A stretch of DNA of 64,000 nt from a phage. The position numbers and the translations under genes were made by a program. This document shows positions 1 to 8,741 of the stretch, piece by piece. The stretch is from sequence record PZ402305.1; one strand, written 5' to 3'. The notes under the pieces were generated by a model. The model was given only the letters and a program-made list of their open reading frames with translations, made no database searches and was not told the origin of the DNA. Within the stretch, counting starts at the first letter, position 1; each line of letters opens with the position of its first letter.

Positions 1-1310
1 TCGGTGTAGCTGGTAAAGGACCATATGGTTACGGAATCCCTGATGATCAATATTGCAAGAATATTACAATTCGTAACGTTTTTGCAAAACGTTGTCGTCA
101 GATTGTCCACGTAGAAGTTGGTCGTAATATCTCTATCGAAAACATTCATGGCGATCCAGACCAGACCGTATCTGTTGGGACAGGTTTGGCAACTGGCGCA
201 GTTGTAATGTATGGAAGTAAAGATTTTACGATTGACGGTGTTTACGGAGAGCCTAAAACAGACGGTAGCACACTTGCAAGTAATATCCGTATGATTTATT
301 TGGAGTGGGGAACTAACGCAGTTCTGGACGAAGAGGGTAATCCGGTAGTTCCGGCACAGGGTAGACCTTCAAACCCATGCTTTAACTATTCTGTTCGTAA
401 CATTCACACCAAAACTGGGCGTGTTTTTGCGGGAGTTTCCGCTGGGCCAGGTTATGAAAACAGAGTTAGCTTTGAAAATATTCGTTGCGCTGCATTGCAG
501 TTGTTCGGTATAGCTTCTTGGCTTTCAATGTCTAACATCACCTGTAATATCTTCGATTGTGTTGGTCAACCTGAATCTGGTCCAGGGACATTTTATGATG
601 GATTCTTCCGTAGAGAAAAATCTGTTCTTGAAATGGTTAACGTAAACTGTTACCCAGATGGCAAGACGATGGTTACTGGTCGTCCACAGTGGAGCCGTTG
701 CCGTTACTCGGATATTCATCGTGTCAACTGTAATGTTGAAGCTAATATGTATACCAATATCGCAGGTGGTATTGGAGCTATTGTAGGGACAACGGGCAAA
801 GTTTATTACTTAGAGCCTAATCCTAGTCGAAACATTGATGGAATGCATTTCCCAACAGGGAAAGAGTTTGACAAAGGTGATATGATAGTCAAGGCGGATA
901 ATACGTTCTTCCTTGTAACAACAAGTGGGGCATATATTCCAGATATCCCAGCTTTCGGTATTCGAGCTACACAGGCAGGAGATACCTTCCTGACACAGAA
1001 CTTGACTCCTAACGGGACAGCAACAAATGCTTCTTGGTTGTATCATTACCCTCTGTCAGCAGGGACACGTATTCGTATTCCTGGTGCTGGCGTAGGTGGA
1101 GCAGATTTGGACACAGTTATTACTCGTGCACCTTATCAAGATAATGATACGTGGACTAACCCAGTTAAAATAGACATTGCAGATCCAATTGTAACGCCTA
1201 CAAGTGCTGGAGTTAGAATTAAAACCATACCTAATGATTCCAGTAATGTTTCTGTAGGTAATACTGCGGTTATTCGCCCAACGCCAGTAGTAGATGTGCC
1301 AACAACCTAA
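1..1310 (+). CDS. tail spike/fibre-like structural protein, 5' end truncated by window edge
   Basis: Reading frame is open from position 3 with no upstream stop (ORF track reports only 186..1310); repetitive short beta-strand-like rungs (NITIRNV, ISIENIH) suggest a beta-helix fold; hairpin terminator follows. Confidence 0.5.
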   Translation, partial: GVAGKGPYGYGIPDDQYCKNITIRNVFAKRCRQIVHVEVGRNISIENIHGDPDQTVSVGTGLATGAVVMYGSKDFTIDGVYGEPKTDGSTLASNIRMIYLEWGTNAVLDEEGNPVVPAQGRPSNPCFNYSVRNIHTKTGRVFAGVSAGPGYENRVSFENIRCAALQLFGIASWLSMSNITCNIFDCVGQPESGPGTFYDGFFRREKSVLEMVNVNCYPDGKTMVTGRPQWSRCRYSDIHRVNCNVEANMYTNIAGGIGAIVGTTGKVYYLEPNPSRNIDGMHFPTGKEFDKGDMIVKADNTFFLVTTSGAYIPDIPAFGIRATQAGDTFLTQNLTPNGTATNASWLYHYPLSAGTRIRIPGAGVGGADLDTVITRAPYQDNDTWTNPVKIDIADPIVTPTSAGVRIKTIPNDSSNVSVGNTAVIRPTPVVDVPTT

Positions 1311-1317
1311 TGGAATA

Positions 1318-1336
1318 GAGGGGGAATCCCCCTCTT
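1318..1336 (+). terminator. hairpin after tail spike gene
   Basis: agagggggaatccccctct perfect inverted repeat directly after stop codon. Confidence 0.5.
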
Positions 1337-1371
1337 CTTCCAATAGAATGGTCTAATGATAGGAGAGATAA

Positions 1372-3396
1372 ATGAATTTAACAAGACCTAATAGTGCGAT
1401 AGCCGATCTGGTAGAAGCTACTTATCGAAAACGTCGCAGCTTTGAGGCAGGTTTTACATTACGTAATTCCCGTGAAGTTTTGCTGTTAGCAGCAGAAGGG
1501 AATTATTACCAATGGAAAGGAACTTTTCCTAAAGTAGTTCCAGCAAACTCTACGCCAGCCACCACAGGTGGTATTTCTTCCCTTGCATGGCAAAGTGTTG
1601 GGACCGCTGATGATATAGCAATTATCAATGCCAAGTTTACGGCAATGCAGCAACAAATTGATGATCTGTCGGAAACAATACCTGAAGCTGGTAAATCGGC
1701 TTATCAGATCGCACTTGATAATGGTTTTGTTGGAACAGAAGCACAATGGCTTGCCTCTTTGAAAGGGGATACTGGTGCTCAACTCAATATTAAAGGATCA
1801 TTAGCAAGCACTAGTGAACTACCATCCACAGGTAACGTTGCAGGGGATGGTTATATCGTAGGCGATGTAATCTACGCTTGGGATGGTTCTGTTTGGAAAC
1901 TTATTTCTTCTCTTGGACCAGAAGGTAAATCAGCTTACGAGGTATGGTTGGCAGATGGTAATACAGGATCTGTTTATGATTTTCTTACCTCTATAAAAGG
2001 TGATAAAGGCGATGTTGGTCCTACAGGGCCACAGGGAGCACCTGGTGTTAACGCCAACGGTTTTGATTATCGTGGAGATTTGCCTTCTACAAGTAACTTA
2101 CCACAACCTAACTCTGAAAACGTAAGCCAAGCTTATTCTATCAGTGGTAATCTTTATGTCTCTAATGGGACAGCTTGGGTCAACATGGGTAATATTGTTG
2201 GTCCTCAAGGTCCACAAGGTGAGGCAGGTAAAGACGGTCTAGATGGAACAGATGGAGATGAAGGGAAATCTGCATATCAAAGTTGGCTGGATGCTGGTAA
2301 TGAAGGGACAGAAGTAGATTTTATTGCCTCGCTTAAAGGTCCAAAAGGAGACAAGGGTGATCAAGGAGAGCGAGGTCCACAAGGCGAATTAGGTCCACAA
2401 GGACCAGTAGGCGCAACAGGATCAGGCTTAGAGATTATCGGGGTTCTGAACAGCGAAGCTGAACTTCCTCCGACTGGAGAAGTAGGTGATGCATATAAAA
2501 TTAATAATGATTTGTATGTTTGGGTCCAAGATGCTACGGAATGGATGAATGTTGGCAGTCTCGGAGGAACATCAATTACAGCTAAAGGTCATGTTCCGAA
2601 CAGTGAAGCTCTCCCTGTTTACAATAACTATGGTGATGCTTACTTAACTGAAGACACTAGTAATCTTTACATCTATACCTACGATCAAGACACCAATTCC
2701 GCATCTTTTGTTGACATGGGAAGTATTAAAGGCGACAAAGGTGAAAAAGGGGATAAAGGAGATAAGGGTGATCCTGGAACAAACGGAACCAACGGTACTG
2801 ATGGGACCAACGGTAAGGACGGCGCACAGTGGTTTGTAGCAACAACTAATCCAGTCGCAGGAGACGGTGTTATCAATGATTACGCCTTCAATACTACCAC
2901 TGGAGCAGTGTTTAAGAAAACAGATTCTTCTACGTGGACACTTATAGGAACTCTTCCTAGTATACCAGAAGCCCCTCAAGACGGCTTGACGTATGGTCGT
3001 TCTGATGGAAACTGGATCGAAATATCAGGATCAGATCCTACGGAAGCTATAACACCAACTAGAGTTACAGCAGGTTTCATGGAACTTGAAACAACTACTG
3101 CCAACTCTGGAGCATCTTGGACTCCTTCTGGAACTTCCAATATGTATGTTGTTACAGTAACTGACGCTCTGACAGTTGGAGCATGGCCTGGTGTCACTGG
3201 CTCTACAAAACCTAAAGCGTTTTCAGCAATGATTTATTTGATTCAAGATACAACGGGACACACGGTTACACTAGATGCGTCTTATGGAGCACTAAATGAT
3301 ACAGAAATAGCAACTACTGCTAACGCAGTAACAATTTTGCAATTAACGTATCCTGGTGTGGGTGATATCGTGGACATGGTTGTTGTAACACGATAA
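1372..3396 (+). CDS. collagen-like repeat tail fibre protein
   Basis: Several G-X-Y collagen-like runs (GPQGPQGEAGKDGLDGTDG; KGDKGEKGDKGDKGDPGTNGTNGTDGTNGKDG) and three copies of a GKSAYxxWLxxGNxG..DF..S(L/I)KG phage-fibre repeat; RBS aggagag upstream; strong terminator downstream. Confidence 0.75.
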   Translation: MNLTRPNSAIADLVEATYRKRRSFEAGFTLRNSREVLLLAAEGNYYQWKGTFPKVVPANSTPATTGGISSLAWQSVGTADDIAIINAKFTAMQQQIDDLSETIPEAGKSAYQIALDNGFVGTEAQWLASLKGDTGAQLNIKGSLASTSELPSTGNVAGDGYIVGDVIYAWDGSVWKLISSLGPEGKSAYEVWLADGNTGSVYDFLTSIKGDKGDVGPTGPQGAPGVNANGFDYRGDLPSTSNLPQPNSENVSQAYSISGNLYVSNGTAWVNMGNIVGPQGPQGEAGKDGLDGTDGDEGKSAYQSWLDAGNEGTEVDFIASLKGPKGDKGDQGERGPQGELGPQGPVGATGSGLEIIGVLNSEAELPPTGEVGDAYKINNDLYVWVQDATEWMNVGSLGGTSITAKGHVPNSEALPVYNNYGDAYLTEDTSNLYIYTYDQDTNSASFVDMGSIKGDKGEKGDKGDKGDPGTNGTNGTDGTNGKDGAQWFVATTNPVAGDGVINDYAFNTTTGAVFKKTDSSTWTLIGTLPSIPEAPQDGLTYGRSDGNWIEISGSDPTEAITPTRVTAGFMELETTTANSGASWTPSGTSNMYVVTVTDALTVGAWPGVTGSTKPKAFSAMIYLIQDTTGHTVTLDASYGALNDTEIATTANAVTILQLTYPGVGDIVDMVVVTR

Positions 3397-3399
3397 CAG

Positions 3400-3424
3400 A
3401 AGCCCCGAAAGGGGCTTTCTTTTT
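3400..3424 (+). terminator. rho-independent terminator
   Basis: agccccGAAAggggct stem with GAAA loop followed by ttctttttat. Confidence 0.75.
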
Positions 3425-3437
3425 ATGGAGGGTTTAA

Positions 3438-6113
3438 ATGTTTCCAATTCCAATATTTACTATTATGACCAGCACTGGTGTTGTTCCTCTGCCAGCAGGT
3501 ATTGTTAAAAAAGTAATCACTTTAGATTACCCAGATAATGCTGGTAATTCTAACAGCAGTTTAGCAATTTTGCTTAATGATGGTAGATTGTTTACTCAAG
3601 GCGCAAACCTTTTTGGTGAGATTGCAGATGGAACTCGTAGTGCACGATTCAATAATTTCCATTTAGCTTCTACTGTAGTAGCGGATGTGTTTACCGCAGA
3701 TCGTTGTTTTGTTATTAAAACTAACAGTGGGGGATGGCAATATTCAGGATTGACAGCAGGGTTGGTAGGATCTATAGCAGCAGGTGGTACGGACGCATGT
3801 GTAACTACTTGGACCAGCTTTCCATCTGTAATAACAGGGACTATCTCTTTAGCTAATCTTAAAGAGGTTAAGGGAGGATATAACAACACTCTCTGGTTAA
3901 TGAATAGTGGTGTTCTTTATGGATCAGGTCAAAACACAGTAGGCAGTTTAGGTGCAAGTACTACTAACGAAGTTTCTACTCCTCGTCAGATAACAAGTGC
4001 AGCAGTTGCTTTTGATGCAGGTTACAACCAATGCTCTTATGTCAACAATGTGGGAACCTTGCGTGTTTGTGGAGCTAGTAAAGGTTTAGCAGGTAATAAT
4101 AACACAACAACAGCTTTTGTCAATGCTAAGATATCCGCTACTGAAACAGTGTATGTCAAAGATTACATCAATACAGTTTCCCAGACAATAGTTGTAGGAG
4201 ATACCTCCGGTGGCACGGGTACAGTAAACTACTTATATGTTAGGTCTAATACAGAAACAACCTACACTAAACTGGATACCTTTGCAGCAGGTTTCTCAAC
4301 ATGGAAGTTTCCACCAAGCCGCCACTCTTTTTTCGTTGGGATCAATAATTCCTTGTGGGCTATTGGTAAGAACTACACTGCAAACTTAGGTTTGGGGTAT
4401 GATTCTGCGAGCGGAGATCCACTCCAAGTGGGAAAACCAGTTAAACCTGAAGGAGTGGGTTCTTGGGATATAAACAAGCTCACAAGCGTTCATACGCTGA
4501 ATATGGATGTTACTAACCAATTAGGTTATCAAGGAACCTTTTTCGTTTATAATGGAGATATGTATTATTCCGGTATTTGGAAAGATGGGAAAGCCTCGTA
4601 TCTGTTCAATAGCGGTCTAAACTATAATAAATTCACACCAATAGCAAGCTCCGTGATTACGGGTGATATTCTGGCAACTGGCTTAACTACAGATTCTTTA
4701 GGAATTTGTATTGTAGGTGGAACTAAACAGTTGACACATTCTGTTAGCCCAGAAGGAGGTAAACTTTTCAATATTAAATACACTTCTTCTGCCCCTGCAA
4801 ACATGACAATATCATCTACTGGTTTAATGACTTTCCATGCAGAAGGTGGTTTTGATGCAGGTATGACAGCCTTAAACGCCGAAGGAACAACTTTATCAGA
4901 TACCTCTGGAGGATATGCTTCAACATTGAGTGTTTACACCCCTAGCTTATCTGCGATGGATGTAGGAACAACACAAACAATGGTAGCAGAAATAACGCCA
5001 ACAGGAGCAGCAAGCTTACCTGGTATGGTTGTTGAGTATTTCTCTAATGACCCTACGGTAGCAACAGTTGACCCTGTTACAGGCGTTATTACAGCGGTTG
5101 CTGATGGAGGTTGTCGTATCGGTTGTAGAGCAACTTATCAAGGTGTGGTAACTGCCGAAGATAGTTCTTATCTCACAGTGAATGCTGTGGTGATTGTGAT
5201 GGATTATGATTTGACGCAAGAAACTATTCCGGCGGATGTAAAGGTCAACAGGAGTAACCGTTATGCCAGGGCTTCTGGAGATATCCTTGTACCTACAGAG
5301 AGTTCTGCTCCCGTAGCACCTTTAGAATATGTTGGTACAACTCCACAAGGTAGACGTGTTGTAGCAGCCAACCGTACACATATCTTTATCAACAATAACT
5401 TGACAACAGCTTCCCCGTGGTTGAAGACGAACTTGACAGTCACAGCATCAACAATCAACTCTCCGGTTGGAACTACGGCTAACACTTACAAGTTAACACC
5501 TTCTACAACTTCAGGACAACATATTTTATCAGCAGTGAATACAGCTTCTGATATTACAGCAGGTAAGCACTGGGCGGCATCCGTATTCTTGAAGCCAGAT
5601 GGGATCACTAAAGTGAAACTCAAATTGACTTCAGGAGATGAGATTAACGAAGGGACTTATGATCTTGTAGCTGGAACATTTACAGGTGCAGATGCAAACA
5701 TAATCGATATGGGGAATGGTTGGTATCGTGTAATTCTACACAAAGTGACAGTTGCCAAACAAGCATCTATAACCTATGAGATTATAGCTTTGAATGCAAG
5801 TGGATCAGACACTTTCGCAGGAGATGGTACGGCAGGTCTTATTGCTTGGGTTCCACAGCTTGAGATGGGTGATATGACAAATCCAGTTTGGGCGGGGACA
5901 CCATTTGTTTGTTCTTATGCACGAGACACTACCAGTGCTGTTACCTTCACTATTCCTAAGAATGGACATACTGGCGTGGACATTTACCACACTGATGGTA
6001 CTGTGCAACGAGAGGTCTTCACTGGTACAGCTACAACTTGGATGTTGACGTTCACCGCCGCAAGTGCGGATTGGGGATCGAAGTTCATTACAGGTTTGAA
6101 ATATTACGACTAA
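3438..6113 (+). CDS. large tail/fibre-associated structural protein with bacterial Ig-like segment
   Basis: 891 aa Thr/Ser/Gly-rich protein; segment VAEITPTGAAS...VATVDPVTGVITAVADGG resembles Big_2 Ig-like domains; RBS ggaggg; bidirectional terminator downstream. Confidence 0.55.
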   Translation: MFPIPIFTIMTSTGVVPLPAGIVKKVITLDYPDNAGNSNSSLAILLNDGRLFTQGANLFGEIADGTRSARFNNFHLASTVVADVFTADRCFVIKTNSGGWQYSGLTAGLVGSIAAGGTDACVTTWTSFPSVITGTISLANLKEVKGGYNNTLWLMNSGVLYGSGQNTVGSLGASTTNEVSTPRQITSAAVAFDAGYNQCSYVNNVGTLRVCGASKGLAGNNNTTTAFVNAKISATETVYVKDYINTVSQTIVVGDTSGGTGTVNYLYVRSNTETTYTKLDTFAAGFSTWKFPPSRHSFFVGINNSLWAIGKNYTANLGLGYDSASGDPLQVGKPVKPEGVGSWDINKLTSVHTLNMDVTNQLGYQGTFFVYNGDMYYSGIWKDGKASYLFNSGLNYNKFTPIASSVITGDILATGLTTDSLGICIVGGTKQLTHSVSPEGGKLFNIKYTSSAPANMTISSTGLMTFHAEGGFDAGMTALNAEGTTLSDTSGGYASTLSVYTPSLSAMDVGTTQTMVAEITPTGAASLPGMVVEYFSNDPTVATVDPVTGVITAVADGGCRIGCRATYQGVVTAEDSSYLTVNAVVIVMDYDLTQETIPADVKVNRSNRYARASGDILVPTESSAPVAPLEYVGTTPQGRRVVAANRTHIFINNNLTTASPWLKTNLTVTASTINSPVGTTANTYKLTPSTTSGQHILSAVNTASDITAGKHWAASVFLKPDGITKVKLKLTSGDEINEGTYDLVAGTFTGADANIIDMGNGWYRVILHKVTVAKQASITYEIIALNASGSDTFAGDGTAGLIAWVPQLEMGDMTNPVWAGTPFVCSYARDTTSAVTFTIPKNGHTGVDIYHTDGTVQREVFTGTATTWMLTFTAASADWGSKFITGLKYYD

Positions 6114-6139
6114 TAAAAAAGGGAACCCGCAAAGGTTCC
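6111..6139. terminator. bidirectional terminator between convergent blocks
   Basis: gggaacccgcaaaggttccc hairpin flanked by A-run upstream and T-run downstream; sits between + gene ending 6113 and - gene ending 6177. Confidence 0.7.
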
Positions 6140-6176
6140 CTTTTCTTTTATAAAAACTCTTTATAAATCAATAAGA

Positions 6177-7064
6177 TCAGAATGGAATATCATCGTCGAA
6201 GTCCATTGGAGGTTCTTCTTGATTACTTGGAGTTGGTTCTGGTTGTGGTTCAGGTTTCTTAACTTCTTTCTTCTCTTCTTTCTTAGGCTGTTCTGCGGAA
6301 CCACGAATGGCAGCAGCAACTTTATCAGACAGAGCCAGAACTTTACGAGCAGAATCAATCAGATCTTCTACAGAGACAGTCTTAATGGTATGGTCTTTAC
6401 AAGCATTGAGAATAGCGTGACCAACAGATGCCCCAAGATCATAATCATTAATATCAACGCCACGAGATTCAGCAATTTCAGATTTCAGCGTGACAGTTGC
6501 AGATTGAACAACCCCAGCGATATCGAAAGCATCGCCTTTAACACCATTACGAATCAGTTCCAGTGCACCATTTACTGCGTGACCAGTTTCCAGACCTACA
6601 GTATCACGTTTTTTATAGGACTGCTTAGGAGCAGCATCGTTGGAACCTTTATTGCCAGAAGATTTGTTAGACTTCTGAACACCATCGGTAGACAATACTG
6701 TAATACGAGATTTTTTAGTATTGTAGTAAGTTTTACCGCCTTTATTGTCAACGCGATCAATATCAATACTTACTTCTACACCTTTTTCAATAGTGATCCA
6801 ATTATCACCTTCTTTGACTTGCAGGTTTTCATAACCTTCTTTCAGTTCAATGTCACCAAGAGAAATCCAAACACCTTTCTCATCTGGTTTAGCACCTTTC
6901 TCTTTCAGAACAAGAGAAGCTCGGTGAGTTGAAACAATCGTTTTTCCTTCCCAATGGAAAGTTTTAGGTTCAGCGAATTTATCCAGTTTAACGTAGTCTA
7001 CGATACCAGTTGCATAAGTTACGGTTTTGCCTTTACGATCAGTTTCAGTATTAATTACGGACAT
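6177..7064 (-). CDS. ssb: single-stranded DNA-binding protein
   Basis: C-terminus ...PPMDFDDDIPF matches the canonical SSB acidic tail (DDDIPF); Lys/Glu/Pro-rich linker before tail; RBS gaggag. Confidence 0.65.
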   Translation of the reverse strand: MSVINTETDRKGKTVTYATGIVDYVKLDKFAEPKTFHWEGKTIVSTHRASLVLKEKGAKPDEKGVWISLGDIELKEGYENLQVKEGDNWITIEKGVEVSIDIDRVDNKGGKTYYNTKKSRITVLSTDGVQKSNKSSGNKGSNDAAPKQSYKKRDTVGLETGHAVNGALELIRNGVKGDAFDIAGVVQSATVTLKSEIAESRGVDINDYDLGASVGHAILNACKDHTIKTVSVEDLIDSARKVLALSDKVAAAIRGSAEQPKKEEKKEVKKPEPQPEPTPSNQEEPPMDFDDDIPF

Positions 7065-7080
7065 TATTATCTCCTCTACA

Positions 7081-7473
7081 TTACATTAATTTTGCACAGA
7101 AAGAGCGGAGTCTTTCCATATCATCTTGCTCTAACAGGTATTTACCTTTACCTATTCCAACTCCAATTTCACCATTAGGAAAATGAACTATTTGCACTGG
7201 GAAACCTCCGAGTTTAATTGTGGCAGCTTTGCCTTCTTCGTCTATAACGTTTCGGATTGTATCTTGTAGTGAAATGAATTCTTTGTTTGTAACAGTGGTT
7301 TCAATTATTTCAGATGTTTCGACACGAGCAGTTAGCTTCTTGTTTCCACCTTGAATAACCAAAATTTGAAAATAAAAAGAGTTGTCAAGACCTACAACAT
7401 TTTTCTCAACTAGTGTCAAACTGGTATAGTTTCCATAAACAGTTTCAACAGCTATCTTAGAACGTTCAGTCAT
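7081..7473 (-). CDS. hypothetical protein
   Basis: 130 aa ORF co-oriented in replication block. Confidence 0.5.
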   Translation of the reverse strand: MTERSKIAVETVYGNYTSLTLVEKNVVGLDNSFYFQILVIQGGNKKLTARVETSEIIETTVTNKEFISLQDTIRNVIDEEGKAATIKLGGFPVQIVHFPNGEIGVGIGKGKYLLEQDDMERLRSFCAKLM

Positions 7474-7518
7474 TGAATGCTATCCTATCATAAAATGTTT
7501 AATATTGTCAAGCTTTAA

Positions 7519-8112
7519 TTACCAAGGAATATCATCTTCTTCCAATCTGGTATCTACTTGAGGTGGACGTGGAACCTTAACCTCTTTCACAAAACGAAGA
7601 TATGGGAAACGTGTAGCAATTTTAATAACATGTTTGGCATCTTCTCTAACATCTTTGTGCAAGAAGCAGATCCCTGTTTCCAAGGTTGTTTCAAAATCTT
7701 TAGAATAATAACAGTCCTTCCCATCAAATGCAGCCTGGCAGATGGACAGATCGAACTCATTTAGAAAGGTTGTCATTACGCTTGGTTCCATAATCATAAG
7801 GTTGCAAAGCTGACCATCACGTTCAAACTCAAAAACGTGTTTAAGACCAGTAACACCTTCATAATTGTCAGAAGCCTCTTTGTTTCCTAGTTTACGAATA
7901 TTGGTTCCCATTAAAGCAGATGCAATTAATCCTTGTATTTGTTCTTCAGTCCGATGTGCAGGAAGGGATGTATAGAAATCCAGATCACGTCCAGCAATAT
8001 CAAGAATACGCCAATCACGAACAGCACCGCCAGCCAAGACAGAATTAGGATCAGCGATCTTTAGTATGGTAAGAATTTCTTTGGCAATATTGATTTGTTT
8101 TGATTTAGTCAT
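7519..8112 (-). CDS. Pol-beta-superfamily nucleotidyltransferase-like protein (CCA-adding/poly(A) polymerase head-domain motif) with SSB-like acidic tail
   Basis: GGAVRDWRILDIAGRDLDF matches the GGxVRD...DxD motif of class II tRNA nucleotidyltransferase/PAP head domains; C-terminus ...LEEDDIPW resembles SSB tail. Confidence 0.5.
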   Translation of the reverse strand: MTKSKQINIAKEILTILKIADPNSVLAGGAVRDWRILDIAGRDLDFYTSLPAHRTEEQIQGLIASALMGTNIRKLGNKEASDNYEGVTGLKHVFEFERDGQLCNLMIMEPSVMTTFLNEFDLSICQAAFDGKDCYYSKDFETTLETGICFLHKDVREDAKHVIKIATRFPYLRFVKEVKVPRPPQVDTRLEEDDIPW

Positions 8113-8323
8113 TGATACGCTCCACAGTTACTTTTACAACATCGTCCATATTAATCTCATCCCCCAAGACCTCAATAACACCTTCCTCATAAAGTCGAGC
8201 GCATTCTTCCCACACTTCAGCTTCCGTCATTCCACCTGCAATCTTATTTGCAAGACCTTTAATAACATCTTCATTTTGTTCATCAACAAGAATTGAAACA
8301 TTAAAGCTCACTAATTTACGCAT
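8105..8323 (-). CDS. hypothetical protein
   Basis: 72 aa acidic ORF, start overlaps upstream gene end. Confidence 0.45.
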   Translation of the reverse strand: MRKLVSFNVSILVDEQNEDVIKGLANKIAGGMTEAEVWEECARLYEEGVIEVLGDEINMDDVVKVTVERIND

Positions 8324-8500
8324 TGTTTTCTCCTTATACTTCTAAACGGAAAGTTTCTTTAGATACAAAATCGTATCCACCTTTTTCAAGCCAGTCATTG
8401 TAAACCTCATCGGCTTGAGACTCTATCATAAAATACCGAGTGGTAACTTCGTCTCCGACAATACGCACAATTTTATAGCAAATCATGATACCATTTCCCA

Positions 8501-8692
8501 TTAATCTTCCTCCAGATCAATTTCATTATAACAATGTATGCAGAAACCATCATTGTGCATATGTTGTTCATAAGACATATCTTTACCACAAGACCAACAA
8601 CGGATATCCCCATCGTCCCATTCACGTTCTTCTTCACCTTCAAATTCATCTGGTAGGTAAGGCATACCAAGACAATCTAAATCGTAACTCAT
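8501..8692 (-). CDS. hypothetical small Cys-rich (zinc-ribbon-like) protein
   Basis: ORF track 8501..8797 overlaps DNA polymerase; internal ATG at 8692 has RBS aggagaag and avoids overlap; CWSCG...CIHC motifs. Confidence 0.45.
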   Translation of the reverse strand: MSYDLDCLGMPYLPDEFEGEEEREWDDGDIRCWSCGKDMSYEQHMHNDGFCIHCYNEIDLEED

Positions 8693-8741
8693 ATCTTCTC
8701 CTATAAAGGGGCAGAAGCCCCTTATAAAACAATACGTTAGA

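Noticed and set aside
525-1343. Minus-strand ORFs (525..719, 810..1046, 1056..1343) inside the tail spike gene
   Set aside because: Fully nested antisense to a long, repeat-structured plus-strand CDS; no RBS or promoter; typical spurious antisense frames.
6219-7178. Plus-strand ORFs 6219..6932 and 6954..7178 opposite ssb
   Set aside because: Antisense to the SSB gene with low-complexity F/L/N-rich translation; no start context.
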